A DNA stretch of 45,085 nt. Origin: a virus (Duplodnaviria > Caudoviricetes). Made by a program: the position numbers and the translations under genes. This document shows positions 9,705-20,090 of this stretch, in pieces. Location: IMG/VR virus record IMGVR_UViG_3300037048_000158, positions 1 to 45,085 of that record; one strand, written 5' to 3'. Every line of letters starts with the position of its first letter. Position 1 is the first letter of the stretch. Under the pieces are notes generated by a model, which made no database searches, was not told the origin of the DNA, and was given only the letters and a program-made list of their open reading frames with translations.

Positions 9705-10112
9705 TTAAGATTTTAAGGTGTAATATGCTTCAATGCGATCTGGGAAACCATCGTTCTTTGGTGCTTCGTCGAGGGTAATTGCTGTATCGGAAGATTCCAC
9801 GAAATAAACCTCTTTCAATCCATTGAGGTAAACATCAATTTTCCCAGATACGTAAGGAAAACTTGTTGCAAATACCCTGTTTATACCATCGACAGACCCG
9901 GATAATATTTCTGATTTTGTTTGACTGCCGCCTCCGGACCCAATTGACCCGCCAGCCATTTCAACCACTTCTTTAACATCGTCTTCACTTACCTTGAGTC
10001 CAAATAACTTACCTTCCCTGACATTCCATACCAGGGTTTCTTCGTCCATCTGGTTAGGTGTCGGCCGACGACCAATTATGCGCGATAGTATTACTTTCCA
10101 ATAACCCATCAC
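9705..10112 (-). CDS. Small tail/fibre-associated protein
   Basis: C-terminal module (GSVDGINRVF...VYLNG...AP) resembles the C-terminus of 8431..9702. Confidence 0.6.
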   Translation of the reverse strand: MMGYWKVILSRIIGRRPTPNQMDEETLVWNVREGKLFGLKVSEDDVKEVVEMAGGSIGSGGGSQTKSEILSGSVDGINRVFATSFPYVSGKIDVYLNGLKEVYFVESSDTAITLDEAPKNDGFPDRIEAYYTLKS

Positions 10113-11245
10113 TCTGCGGGAAATAATCGTTCGTACTCAATTTCTACCGATGATTGTTCAAATATCCGCCTTGAGCGATCAAGTTGTTTCGAAGTTAACA
10201 GGATCCTGATCCGCTGCGATCCCGAAACCTCGTAAATCTCCGGTGAAAGAAATAGTTCGTTCAACCAGTTCTGGTCATTTTTCTGAAGCCAGCCGGTATT
10301 GATTTTTACTTTTTCTGATGCTTCATTCCGGTATTCTCTTTTGTGCAACCGGTTAGCATCATTAATATCTGCAACCCTTTCAGATGTGAACCGTTCTATA
10401 TCAGTAAATTCATCGGCTTCGCCGGTGCAGGCAAGACAATCGTAGCCAACCAGGCTATTGCGGAAAATCAGATATCGCACACTGCGATAGTTATCGCGGT
10501 CGATGTTGTATAAAAACACATCACTGACGCCAACACCCGTTTTTGTTACCTGAACATAATATTGTTGCACTGTTTTCCCGGGATGGTTTGCCGTTGCCCA
10601 GGTATCGATACCAAGCTGATCGGGTCCGGTTGCAAATGATACTACCCTTTGAGGATTCGTTGTTAATTCGACTGAAGGATCATATAAATCGAATGTATTA
10701 TCATCGAAGAAAATACCGCAGACAAGCGCAATGGTTACAGGATTTTCTGTTAGGTGATTGTACCAATACAAGCGCTCAGGCTGCCCGGGAAGTACTTTTT
10801 TACCTGTCCGGGGATACCATGTCAAAAAGGGTTTTATTGCAACCAGGTATTCGTAAAATGTTGCATAAGATGCAATCAGTTCATAATGTTTCCACCGTGG
10901 GATCCTTCCACCCATGATCAGGCCGGTCCAGGTTATCTGGTTACTTCCTGAAGGTGGATTCCCATAATACTCTTGAAATGCTATAGTACTGTTCTTGCAT
11001 GCATTCGTATGTATCCATGTAGCTGCGTCGCTGTATTCAGTTACACGTTCGTTCAGGAAGTATTCAGATAGCTCAAATTCAGCATTGGCAGCTGCATTCA
11101 GACTCAACAACTCCGCAGGGGATCCGGAGATAATTGGCAGCGCCAAAATCTTATAATTGTCCTCGATGCGATCGCTGGCCACGGTGAAATTCATTGGCAA
11201 GCCGGACAGACAAACTGCAGGTGGGTTAGATGTGATTGCGAACAT
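10109..11245 (-). CDS. Distal tail / baseplate-region protein
   Basis: Follows the tape-measure gene; FRNSLVGYDCLACTG and KINTGWL motifs of post-TMP tail proteins. Confidence 0.6.
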   Translation of the reverse strand: MFAITSNPPAVCLSGLPMNFTVASDRIEDNYKILALPIISGSPAELLSLNAAANAEFELSEYFLNERVTEYSDAATWIHTNACKNSTIAFQEYYGNPPSGSNQITWTGLIMGGRIPRWKHYELIASYATFYEYLVAIKPFLTWYPRTGKKVLPGQPERLYWYNHLTENPVTIALVCGIFFDDNTFDLYDPSVELTTNPQRVVSFATGPDQLGIDTWATANHPGKTVQQYYVQVTKTGVGVSDVFLYNIDRDNYRSVRYLIFRNSLVGYDCLACTGEADEFTDIERFTSERVADINDANRLHKREYRNEASEKVKINTGWLQKNDQNWLNELFLSPEIYEVSGSQRIRILLTSKQLDRSRRIFEQSSVEIEYERLFPAE

Positions 11246-11249
11246 GATG

Positions 11250-11285
11250 CAAGTTTACTTCAGAGTGATGCTTTTTTAAAGGACA
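11250..11285 (-). promoter_or_regulatory. Putative phage late promoter (distal tail)
   Basis: TGTCCTTT-N20-TAAACTTG. Confidence 0.7.
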
Positions 11286-11286
11286 T

Positions 11287-14200
11287 TTACATAGTGTCTG
11301 AAATAGCCTTATCTTCTTTCTCCTTAATCCGGTTGAAATCGTGGAGTACCCATTTGCCGCTGATACCATTTTTCTGAAGTGAATCAAGTACATCTCCGAT
11401 TTTATCAACATCAGTCCTTAGCTTTAATATAGCCTGTGCCTGGTAAACATTAGACGGGTCTTCCCACATAGAGGACTTTCGTCTATTGGCATCATGGTTC
11501 AACCACCTATATTGCTGATCCGTAAATCCGCCATCCTTATAACCTCTGTTTGAACTGGCCACTAGTGCCGGAAGGTTGATGGAACGGATAGTCTTGTTTT
11601 TCTGAGCGTAATCGATAATATTCAAAACCTTACGCACGCTAGTATTTCGGGTTGCATCAGCATTGGCGACGAATTCATTAGCATGAGTGACTCCGGATTC
11701 AGTATCGTCACTTAAATCACTATCAGTAAAACCTCCGGATTTGTAAGGATTTTTTTGCTTTGATACCATTTTTATCTGCAGCCCACCCTCCAGTGCTGCA
11801 GCGGCCATCAGAGGAATTGCAGGTATCGGCCAGGCATTGTTCGCGGCTTTACCAACCATTATAGCAAGGTTTACCCATGCCTGTGATAAGTCAGCCTTAT
11901 GTTGTTTTTCCCAGGAAGATTTCTGAATTGCTTTTTCCTTAGCATTATATTTCTTGTTAATAGCCTCTTTTTGTTTTTCAGTAAGATTCTTTACTGACAA
12001 TTCAGCTTCCCGCTGTTTATCAAGAGCATCTAATTTCTCATTGAGTTCACGTTGATTTTGTTCACGCTTAATTTGAAACTCAGCATCAGCAATCTGTTTT
12101 GCAGAATCAATTGCTAAATTCATCTTGTCAGCTGCACTCCAGTCTTCCCATTCGTTGCCCGATGAATTGCCGCTGGAGTCGGTACCGGTGCCCTTGCCTG
12201 TATTTTGTGCCGATTGCTGTTCGTACTTGAGCCGGATAGCATCCAATGCCTGTTGAGCCTGCAAAATATCTTCGCCAGACTGATTGGCAATTTCAAGTTT
12301 TCGCTGAGCAAGTCCGATGGCAATTTTTAATGATTCAAGAGCATAGGTATTTTCTAAATCCTTCAGCTTCCGGTTGTATTCTTTACGGCTGATTTTACCA
12401 TCCTGATAACTTTTTTTAAGTATGAGTAAATCCCTGCTTTTTGCACTATAAAGGATTGATGTTTCTTCCATCAACCGCTTATCAAGCGTTTTTGAATCCT
12501 GACTTATCTGAAGGTTTTTTTGTAAGCGATCGTACTTAGCCTGTATAGCCAGTTTCATTTTTTGCTTGAACTCTTCGCTGCCCGTTAATGAAGCAATTTC
12601 GATATCCTGATCATTTTTAAGTTGCTTTTGTTTTAGTTCGAACAATGCAGCGGATCCTTCCGACAAGCTTTCAGATTGAATCTGCATCAGCTGCTTTTCG
12701 TGCTGCATGCTTTTCAGTATATCGGCATCGAGCAATTTCTTTTTATCCTTAAGATATTTCATGTCGATATTGAGAAGCGTAGTGTTTAAATCTTCTTTTT
12801 GCGAAGTAGTGAGGGTTTTGTTTACCTGCAATTCATTTTTGATCTGATCGCGTTCAGTTTCATACGCTAGTTTTAGTTGTGTAAATGATTTATAATAACC
12901 TTCCTGCTCAAGATTAATCTGGCTTTCAATCACTTTTTTCCTGATCTCGAGACCCTGGGCTAATAGTTTTTTCAGTTTCTCATTCTGAGTTTTTCCAGCT
13001 GTTTTATCCAACGAATCATCAATTTCCTTTTTCTTTTTTACAAGTGCATTGAAATCATTGATAATTGTTGCAGGAACTTCTTTGCCTTCAGCTTTCAGTG
13101 TTTTTATCTGCTTTTCTGTTAACGAAATTGATTCTGAAAGCTTTTCGTATGCATCCTGTGTTTTGGTCAGATCATCTTCTTCGCCATTTGATCCAACTAG
13201 ACTTGATTCAGACTCAGCGATGATTGAACTTTTTTCTATCTCTTTTTTTATTTGGAGTATCGCATTTTCCGTATCAAGCCTTTCTCTTTTCTTTTTATTC
13301 AATTCATTTTCCATCGAAATTTCAGACTGGTACATTGCTACCTGTCCGGCAATACCCGCATCACCACCCGATACAACATCCGGATGATAACTTCTTTTTT
13401 TAGTTAATTCAAATTCTGCAGCTGCATTATCAACAGCTTTATCCTGCAGACGTTTTTTGCGGAATAATTCTTCGAGTTCATCGCTGGCGGCTTTGAATTG
13501 AATCTGTTTTTCAAAAGCAACCAAATAATCTTCCAGCGCCTGTGTATTGCCTCTGATCAGTCGGCCTTCTTCGTCGATTGAACCATTGTAACCTGGAACG
13601 ATTTTATTCAGCTCATCCATAGCCTTTTTTCGATTAACCAGGGCAACGTTGTTATTCTCAACCATGGCTTTCAAGTGATCGAGTTTGCCAGCCTGCGTGG
13701 CATATTGCTCAGTAACTTTATCCTGTATTGTTTTTAGTGATTTTTGGTAGGTTGTGAGTTCACTGGACTTTTTGATCATAAAATACATGGCCGTGCCTAC
13801 AGCCATGATACCAGCTGCGATCGCGCCGAATAAATTTGCTTTAAGTACTGAGTTGAAAACACGCATCGCCTGTGTAGCACCGGCAATGTTGCCGGCAAGA
13901 AGCATTTGTGCAGCCGCCCAAAGTTTTGTTGCCATAATGGCCGCGCCTTTTGCAATAGTATTGGCTTTGGTAACAATTGTATTCAGTATGGTTCCTTCAG
14001 TTGCTCTTAATGTCCATAATGACGACAGTTTCACTGCTGCAGTGTATGTTATAATTGTGGCCGTTGTAGTAATTATTACACCACTATGCTCCTTGAAAAT
14101 AGCAATTGCAGCCAATATCCCTTTAACCAGATATGAAAATGAATTTGTACTAAAAGTCAGAGCAGGTGCAAGCTTTTCGCCCAATTCCATACGCATAAGC

Positions 14201-15510
14201 ATGGCTCTGTTCTTTGCCTGCTCAAGTTTTGTAGAGTTATTGTCAGTATTTATCGCCGCTTGTTCAATGGCAACGTTACTTCCGGTAACTGCGGCCGTAT
14301 AACGGTCCATTTCAGCCCGGTTATTTATCAGAATCTTTGCAGCTGTAATGTTTTCAACTCCGAAAAGATTCATCATTTCGGTAGCTGACATATTTTTAGC
14401 GGCAAGATTTTCCATTGACTTCGAAAATCCGACAATTGCCGGATTGGTTTCATCGGCACCTTGCTGAAGTTTCAGAATAATATTCCTGAGCGACCTGCCA
14501 GCCATCTCAGGTTGTTTCATTCTTGGGGCCAATGTTTCAATAATCCCGATAAGGCTTTCATAAGATATTTTAGCATCGGCAGCCACGGTGCCCGATTTCT
14601 CGATTGCTTCAGTAAGGTATGGTATTTCACCAGCACCTTCTTTTGATCCAGCTGCCAGCGCGTTTATAATGCGACGTGAATCACTTGCCGGTGCATTAAA
14701 TTGATTGAGCATGCCGGTTAAAGCCTCAACAGCTGGCTGAAGTTCAGAATCTGAAGCAGATGCCAGAATAATGGCTTCCTGAGTGACTGCGTTCAGTGCT
14801 TCTTTATTCTTTAACAACTCCGGACGTGCCGATCCTACCTTTGTATATGCATCAACAATGGCATCTGCACTCTGGGTAATGCGTACATTGCCTTCAATGG
14901 TAGCAGTGCTAAGGCGTTTTGCCTCATCGGTAAGATACTGAAGTTCATCTCCTGCTAAACCTGTGAGCGCAGATAGATTATCAACCTTCTTTTCAAATTC
15001 ATTAAACTCTTCAATAGCTTTTTTAAATCCAAATACTACGCCGGTAAATGTTGCAACCAGAGCCGCGGCCATACCAAAATACTTATTAAATCCGTTTGCC
15101 AGACTTCCCATGGTTGTTTGATGCTCCTTTGCCTTACCGGTTGCTTTGTCGAGTTCAGCCCGCAGCATTGATACCTGCTTTTGCTTATCTGCGAAGCCTG
15201 GATCTGATCTTTTCATCATATCCATTTCTTTTTTCGCTGCATTAAAGGCAGCCTGAAGTTCACGGATTGATGCTGATGACAAATTCTTCAGCACATTATT
15301 TACATCAGTTGTTTTCCTTTCAAGTTTTCCCGCTTCTGAAGTAAGTTTCTTCATTTCACCGTTCAACTGATTATAGCCTTTTACATCGCCTTCGGCCGCA
15401 GCTTTATCGCGAAGGATTTTGATCTGCTTAAGATCTTCTTTGATTTCGGCAAGCCTGGCTTTTGCCTGTTCGCCGTTTATATTGACATCAATTGTTGCTT
15501 TTCTGCTCAT
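11287..15510 (-). CDS. Tail tape measure protein
   Basis: 1407 aa, Ala/Lys/Glu-rich helical; TP901-type core (IINALAAGS...AGRSLRN), central hydrophobic segments, coiled coils. Confidence 0.9.
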   Translation of the reverse strand: MSRKATIDVNINGEQAKARLAEIKEDLKQIKILRDKAAAEGDVKGYNQLNGEMKKLTSEAGKLERKTTDVNNVLKNLSSASIRELQAAFNAAKKEMDMMKRSDPGFADKQKQVSMLRAELDKATGKAKEHQTTMGSLANGFNKYFGMAAALVATFTGVVFGFKKAIEEFNEFEKKVDNLSALTGLAGDELQYLTDEAKRLSTATIEGNVRITQSADAIVDAYTKVGSARPELLKNKEALNAVTQEAIILASASDSELQPAVEALTGMLNQFNAPASDSRRIINALAAGSKEGAGEIPYLTEAIEKSGTVAADAKISYESLIGIIETLAPRMKQPEMAGRSLRNIILKLQQGADETNPAIVGFSKSMENLAAKNMSATEMMNLFGVENITAAKILINNRAEMDRYTAAVTGSNVAIEQAAINTDNNSTKLEQAKNRAMLMRMELGEKLAPALTFSTNSFSYLVKGILAAIAIFKEHSGVIITTTATIITYTAAVKLSSLWTLRATEGTILNTIVTKANTIAKGAAIMATKLWAAAQMLLAGNIAGATQAMRVFNSVLKANLFGAIAAGIMAVGTAMYFMIKKSSELTTYQKSLKTIQDKVTEQYATQAGKLDHLKAMVENNNVALVNRKKAMDELNKIVPGYNGSIDEEGRLIRGNTQALEDYLVAFEKQIQFKAASDELEELFRKKRLQDKAVDNAAAEFELTKKRSYHPDVVSGGDAGIAGQVAMYQSEISMENELNKKKRERLDTENAILQIKKEIEKSSIIAESESSLVGSNGEEDDLTKTQDAYEKLSESISLTEKQIKTLKAEGKEVPATIINDFNALVKKKKEIDDSLDKTAGKTQNEKLKKLLAQGLEIRKKVIESQINLEQEGYYKSFTQLKLAYETERDQIKNELQVNKTLTTSQKEDLNTTLLNIDMKYLKDKKKLLDADILKSMQHEKQLMQIQSESLSEGSAALFELKQKQLKNDQDIEIASLTGSEEFKQKMKLAIQAKYDRLQKNLQISQDSKTLDKRLMEETSILYSAKSRDLLILKKSYQDGKISRKEYNRKLKDLENTYALESLKIAIGLAQRKLEIANQSGEDILQAQQALDAIRLKYEQQSAQNTGKGTGTDSSGNSSGNEWEDWSAADKMNLAIDSAKQIADAEFQIKREQNQRELNEKLDALDKQREAELSVKNLTEKQKEAINKKYNAKEKAIQKSSWEKQHKADLSQAWVNLAIMVGKAANNAWPIPAIPLMAAAALEGGLQIKMVSKQKNPYKSGGFTDSDLSDDTESGVTHANEFVANADATRNTSVRKVLNIIDYAQKNKTIRSINLPALVASSNRGYKDGGFTDQQYRWLNHDANRRKSSMWEDPSNVYQAQAILKLRTDVDKIGDVLDSLQKNGISGKWVLHDFNRIKEKEDKAISDTM

Positions 15511-15932
15511 ACTTTCAGTTCATTATAGCCGTAATCGGCATTGTCATCAAGATTTCTGACTACAAGAAATTCAATACGCCTGGCATGCTTTTCTTCGAGC
15601 AAATGCCTGAGCACCTCAAGCTGCTTGTAAAATGTATCGCTTAACCAGGGCTTTGGCCGGCGCTTTGTTAATCCGGCCGCGATCATGCTGTCACGATCTT
15701 CAAGATTTACATGTTTACCAACGCCATAATCTACCATCCGCCCGTACCATTCGAATGCGAACATGACCTTATGGGGATCACCGGAAGCATCGGTAAGTAC
15801 TTTGGCCATAAAGCTATCGACCAACTGTTGTGAATAGCCAATATTAAGCCGCTCAATCATTTTGAACCACTCCTTCAATACGATATCAGCCCACGCCTCA
15901 ACCGTTAGCTTGATATCGATGTTGTCGGCCAT
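15507..15932 (-). CDS. Putative tail-completion / neck protein
   Basis: YGRMVDYGVG...RRPKPW motif; position before the tape-measure gene. Confidence 0.55.
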   Translation of the reverse strand: MADNIDIKLTVEAWADIVLKEWFKMIERLNIGYSQQLVDSFMAKVLTDASGDPHKVMFAFEWYGRMVDYGVGKHVNLEDRDSMIAAGLTKRRPKPWLSDTFYKQLEVLRHLLEEKHARRIEFLVVRNLDDNADYGYNELKV

Positions 15933-16366
15933 TTGAATGATTGTTCAACCAGGAATGAAAATGAATAACCAAAGTACCCGGCAATGGGTCCTATTTCTGA
16001 ATAATCGACACGGCTAAAGTCGACACCATAAGCCGGATCACCAAAATTGATGCTGTCTCTCTTCATCCGCTCGAGTAATTCAATGCCGGCACTCATTGCC
16101 TCACGTTTGGCATCCAGTACTGCAGTATGATCATTTAGTTTTGCGCGGACCAACAGGTAAAAAAGATGGTATCCGGTATCGAGCCGGCGATCTTTAAAAT
16201 TCAGGTAGCCGTCACCGGAATCCCTGGCCACAGCTACGCATTTTGGAGAATTTCGCAAATTCCCCAGGAGTTCTTCCATCTTGCTGATTCCGGAAGCCTT
16301 GTAAACATCGTCAGTGGCTGTTAAGTCACTTTTTATCGCCTGCAGGTATTCGTAAAGTTTAAACAT
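15905..16366 (-). CDS. Putative tail terminator-like protein
   Basis: Likely start MFKLYEY at 16366; position in the head-tail module. Confidence 0.45.
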   Translation of the reverse strand: MFKLYEYLQAIKSDLTATDDVYKASGISKMEELLGNLRNSPKCVAVARDSGDGYLNFKDRRLDTGYHLFYLLVRAKLNDHTAVLDAKREAMSAGIELLERMKRDSINFGDPAYGVDFSRVDYSEIGPIAGYFGYSFSFLVEQSFKWPTTSISS

Positions 16367-17117
16367 GTGTCGTTGATTTTTCAATTTTCAGATTAATCTC
16401 AAACATTACTTCATGCACGCTTGTGGATAGTATTTGTTTGTTCAGCGTTATATTGCCGCCGTTCAGCACCGATAACAATCCCATTACTTCTTCATCGGGT
16501 GGTATATTTGAATTGCCTTCAGGTTGATTATATACGAACCAGTATTTTGACATAAACCAGGTTTTTAGCCCGGTAAACCACAAGTAAATAATGTACTTCC
16601 TGAAGATTGGAATTCTCCTGAATCTTTGGGCCCTGAGCTTTAGCTTTTCATTGTTCCAGGCTTCGCCTTTTTTTCGGTAAGCGATGGCCATCATCTTATC
16701 GAGCCACTCCGGATCAGCTGCTTTTGAATAGGCAGCATAAAACTGATCGAGCAGAAGATATTCTTCCAGGCTTACTGAGTATAAACGGAAGTCGACCGGT
16801 ACATAATTCTTCAGTTTTTCGGGGAGCCGGAACAGCGTTACATCTTTTACCAGGAATCGCATTCGCTCAATGCAATCGGTAGCCCGGTCGACATCGAGCA
16901 TGAAATTTTGATATCCTTTCTTTTTGTAGATGTAGCAAAGATCGCCATCCACATTTACCGGGTCCTTTTTCAACAGCTTCATATCAGCAAATTTCAGGAA
17001 ACAGCGAGTCATTAGCTGAACCTCTGAAACTTCATTTAATATCAGCTTTGTCAAAAATTCAAGATTGGCCTGCGTGAGCTCTGTCCACTTTACAGGCACT
17101 GTGATATCTACCTTCAT
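16359..17117 (-). CDS. Phage morphogenesis protein (possible tail assembly chaperone)
   Basis: Start MKVDITVP via an ATGA overlap with the upstream stop; N-terminal VPxxWxEL motif. Confidence 0.5.
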   Translation of the reverse strand: MKVDITVPVKWTELTQANLEFLTKLILNEVSEVQLMTRCFLKFADMKLLKKDPVNVDGDLCYIYKKKGYQNFMLDVDRATDCIERMRFLVKDVTLFRLPEKLKNYVPVDFRLYSVSLEEYLLLDQFYAAYSKAADPEWLDKMMAIAYRKKGEAWNNEKLKLRAQRFRRIPIFRKYIIYLWFTGLKTWFMSKYWFVYNQPEGNSNIPPDEEVMGLLSVLNGGNITLNKQILSTSVHEVMFEINLKIEKSTTHV

Positions 17118-17956
17118 ATGCCACATGCTAAAAACGGATCACCTTCAGCCGGACCGGTAGCTGTGAGAGATTCAAGATACTTCAGATAAATTTCGGAAGC
17201 TTCAAAAAGTGGGTAATCAACGTGCTTTTCGAAAAGGACCTTCTTTACTCTCGAGATAAAATTGTTACCCGTATTTTCATCACCGGTGGTATAAGCAGCC
17301 AATGCCGATCGTAGGTCCTCAATCAATACTTTATTGTGATCACTCAATTCGTCATCCCGGAGTTGGTCAATAATTTGAGCGCTCAGAGTGGCAGAAATCA
17401 CCGGTTCGATCTTCAACCGGCGTACCATGGTAAGCTGTGGCCGGGCTTTTATAAAATCGAGCCGGTTGCCTGTAAAAACAGCGTAATTGCGGAATTCCCT
17501 GAGCGATGCAATGTAATTGTCATTTATAAGGGTGTAGGTTTTCGAACCCTTCCAGTCGTCGTGAAATTCAGTGGCGCTCTCCAGGTACTCAAGCAGATCC
17601 TCAACACACTCATCGAGCCTTGCCGCCATTGCAGCTGTGAGCGCATTTACCCGGGCAGTACTGGCCGGCGCCAGGTTAGTATCACTGTGCACAGCGAAAC
17701 CGTTAGCCGTTTCAACCAGGTCGAGAAATGGAATTGCCTCGAGATATCCCTTATGAGCAATTACTGCAGAACAGAAGTCAACCAGCTCCGTGTTGGGATC
17801 CTCAATCAGATCAAACAAATCAGCACCGGTAATTTCGCGCCTCAGCCACTTTTCAGCCGATTTCAGATAGGTTTCATACTTTACGAAATCTGCAGCTTCA
17901 TTGGTTGCAATGGTCGGAATATAGTTTTTAAGAGTCTCAAGGTCCTGTATGATCAT
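17114..17956 (-). CDS. Head-tail adaptor-like protein (DUF6712-like)
   Basis: Immediately after the portal gene; IPFLDLVETANGFAV...APAS motif. Confidence 0.55.
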   Translation of the reverse strand: MIIQDLETLKNYIPTIATNEAADFVKYETYLKSAEKWLRREITGADLFDLIEDPNTELVDFCSAVIAHKGYLEAIPFLDLVETANGFAVHSDTNLAPASTARVNALTAAMAARLDECVEDLLEYLESATEFHDDWKGSKTYTLINDNYIASLREFRNYAVFTGNRLDFIKARPQLTMVRRLKIEPVISATLSAQIIDQLRDDELSDHNKVLIEDLRSALAAYTTGDENTGNNFISRVKKVLFEKHVDYPLFEASEIYLKYLESLTATGPAEGDPFLACGI

Positions 17957-19308
17957 TTCTCTTCATTTTTAGCGTTGGGATCCGGAAGTATTTCTTCTTT
18001 TCCGCTCTTGTTTTTGTCGAGCGTGGTAAATTCAAAATCAGGTACCTGGAATTCGAGGTTCGATGGCCAGTTGTTGAATTTCTTAATCATGTACAATGGA
18101 AGCATAAGCCTGTCACGGAAAGGTTTCATTAAGCCCGATTTTATCATGAAAAGTTCACGCTTATCGGTTCCCGACATGGTACCACCGTTTTTTCCTGGAG
18201 CGGTCGCAATCAGGTTCTGATGCACATCCATGGCATAACTGATCATGTTGCTTACCTCGCTCGAGTCTTCAAGGTATTCACCACCCTTAATGTTGATGGG
18301 AATTGGTTCAATGGTCAGGTATTTTTCTTCAATGGCAGTACTGGATGTCTGAACCATCTCCTTTGTTACCATCAACCCGGTACCATGATTCTTGTCGGAG
18401 CTCAGGAAGGTTTTAAACTTTTCCAATTCAAGCTGCTTCCGGGCCTTTACTGCTTCCGGATTCGTGGTATCGATCTTTTCTTCCATGAAGATTTTCTCCC
18501 AGTACTTTTTCGATACATACACGATAAACCTTACCCTGAGTCCGTTTTTCAGAAGGACCTTCTTAAATTCCCAGATCATGGTTGAAAAATCGAAGGATCC
18601 TGAACGGAAGATAGACCACCATTGGGGGCGCTGATAGTAAACTTTGCCAGGGGTGGGGAAACTGATGGGAACGACCCATCGGGCTGCATTTTTTGCACGA
18701 TCTTTAAGATCGGCCGATGGATTGTAGCGGCTCAGCACTTTGGTAACAGTACAGTTATCTTCATTTACCGGTTTTGACCAATCACCTGCATAAAAGTGAT
18801 TGTTAATCATCCCTGTTTTTTTGTCAGTAACGCCCCACCTTGAGAATACAGCTTCTTTATGCCTCAGGCTCACAATTTCGTTGCGCCCTTTGTTCAGGAT
18901 TATTTCCGGGAAGCAATTAAAGAAAGTAGACATGTCTGCACATTGTTCCAGGAAATAGCCTGGCACATCGTTATTCTCAAAAAAATCAATTACCTTAATA
19001 TCCTCACAAGGCTCATATTCCACCTTCTTACCATTCATAATCTTCAGTACCGGCTTTATGCCCTGTCCATAGGCTAATCTGGTATTAAAGTAAAGGTTTG
19101 AAGATACAACCTCACTTTTTCCAACCATATCCATTACTTCTGCCGGCAGATTATTTGAGTCGCCCCAGGGCGCGATTCTGTATTCGCCAAACGCTATAGG
19201 ATTATCAGGTTCTGTGAATAAATCCTTGCTGCCGGAATCTACAACAATCGCTTCCGCACCCGGTATATAGGCCAACAAATCAAAGCTTTCAACATCTGTC
19301 ATAAACAA
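17953..19308 (-). CDS. Portal protein
   Basis: 451 aa; APWGDSNNLP, YGQG, TPGKVYYQRPQW and SGTDKRE motifs of Bacteroidota phage portals. Confidence 0.75.
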   Translation of the reverse strand: MFMTDVESFDLLAYIPGAEAIVVDSGSKDLFTEPDNPIAFGEYRIAPWGDSNNLPAEVMDMVGKSEVVSSNLYFNTRLAYGQGIKPVLKIMNGKKVEYEPCEDIKVIDFFENNDVPGYFLEQCADMSTFFNCFPEIILNKGRNEIVSLRHKEAVFSRWGVTDKKTGMINNHFYAGDWSKPVNEDNCTVTKVLSRYNPSADLKDRAKNAARWVVPISFPTPGKVYYQRPQWWSIFRSGSFDFSTMIWEFKKVLLKNGLRVRFIVYVSKKYWEKIFMEEKIDTTNPEAVKARKQLELEKFKTFLSSDKNHGTGLMVTKEMVQTSSTAIEEKYLTIEPIPINIKGGEYLEDSSEVSNMISYAMDVHQNLIATAPGKNGGTMSGTDKRELFMIKSGLMKPFRDRLMLPLYMIKKFNNWPSNLEFQVPDFEFTTLDKNKSGKEEILPDPNAKNEEK

Positions 19309-19520
19309 ACCTCCTCATCGTTAAATTGTATAATTGTGCACCGGATAATGGTCCTTATCTGGTTTGAAGGGATAAGTTTTACATTCATTGTGCGACCCCT
19401 CGAGTGCCAGCTCGTGCAGATGGCCTGGTTTATATGCACCATATTGCCGCTCTCTTCGACGAAAGAAAAGGCAAAAACGCCTTTCTCAACCATCACATGT
19501 AAGTTACTGAGTAGTATCAT
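19299..19520 (-). CDS. Small conserved phage protein preceding the portal gene
   Basis: Start re-called to MILLSN downstream of the promoter motif; overlaps the portal start. Confidence 0.6.
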   Translation of the reverse strand: MILLSNLHVMVEKGVFAFSFVEESGNMVHINQAICTSWHSRGRTMNVKLIPSNQIRTIIRCTIIQFNDEEVCL

Positions 19521-19532
19521 GCTTTTTTTTAA

Positions 19533-19568
19533 CAATGATACTATGAGCACTCAATTTTTTAAAGGACA
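19533..19568 (-). promoter_or_regulatory. Putative phage late promoter (portal operon)
   Basis: TGTCCTTT-N20-TATCATTG. Confidence 0.7.
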
Positions 19569-19570
19569 AC

Positions 19571-19600
19571 AAAAAACCCCGCCGGCTAAGCCAGCGGGGT
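19571..19600 (-). terminator. Intrinsic terminator
   Basis: ACCCCGCTGGC-TTA-GCCGGCGGGG hairpin followed by a U-tract on the minus strand. Confidence 0.8.
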
Positions 19601-19619
19601 CACACACATGGAAAACCAA

Positions 19620-20045
19620 TCAACACAGCGGATACTTCAGGTTACGAGTAAATAGGTAGATGGGTATAGTGCAGATTTCACTTCGGGTTTCAGCCAATGG
19701 ATTCCCAATATATACATAGTCCGTGAAGGTGGTAGAATGGTTACAGATAAGAAGATTGTTTTCGCTTCGATATGCTATGCCACCTGCAGAACCGGTTTCC
19801 GGTATATCATAGCCGGCCTGAACGCCCTCAATCAGTTTTACAACATATACATCTGCAAAGAGCTCCGGAGCGGAGTAAACATAATTTACCGGCAGCACAG
19901 AGGGAACGTCAGCAAAGCTGATCAGTTCAACCTGCAAACTTTCCGGGCAAACCTGGTAGCCGGGCGGACTTTTTTCCGATCCGGCAATTGCACTCACGGT
20001 AGCCAGGACTAACAGGAGGCTCAGCGCAAAGAGAAATTTTTTCAT
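19620..20045 (-). CDS. Secreted protein with Sec signal peptide, unknown function
   Basis: MKKFLFALSLLLVLATVSAIA; has its own promoter motif and terminator. Confidence 0.6.
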   Translation of the reverse strand: MKKFLFALSLLLVLATVSAIAGSEKSPPGYQVCPESLQVELISFADVPSVLPVNYVYSAPELFADVYVVKLIEGVQAGYDIPETGSAGGIAYRSENNLLICNHSTTFTDYVYIGNPLAETRSEICTIPIYLFTRNLKYPLC

Positions 20046-20090
20046 AATTTGTTTTGATGGTTAATAAATAATAATGATTTGAATGGGATT

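Noticed and set aside
5785-10112. Diversity-generating retroelement or invertible fibre cassette
   Set aside because: No reverse transcriptase or second recombinase, and I saw no TR/VR pair or flanking inverted repeats (checked by eye only).
15507-17117. Programmed frameshift of tail assembly chaperones
   Set aside because: No convincing slippery site at a gene end with an overlapping second frame.
17336-18220. 294-aa plus-strand ORF
   Set aside because: Antisense shadow of the portal and adaptor genes, with no recognisable motifs. The same applies to the other plus-strand ORFs over late and early genes (e.g. 13754..14302, 10543..10917).
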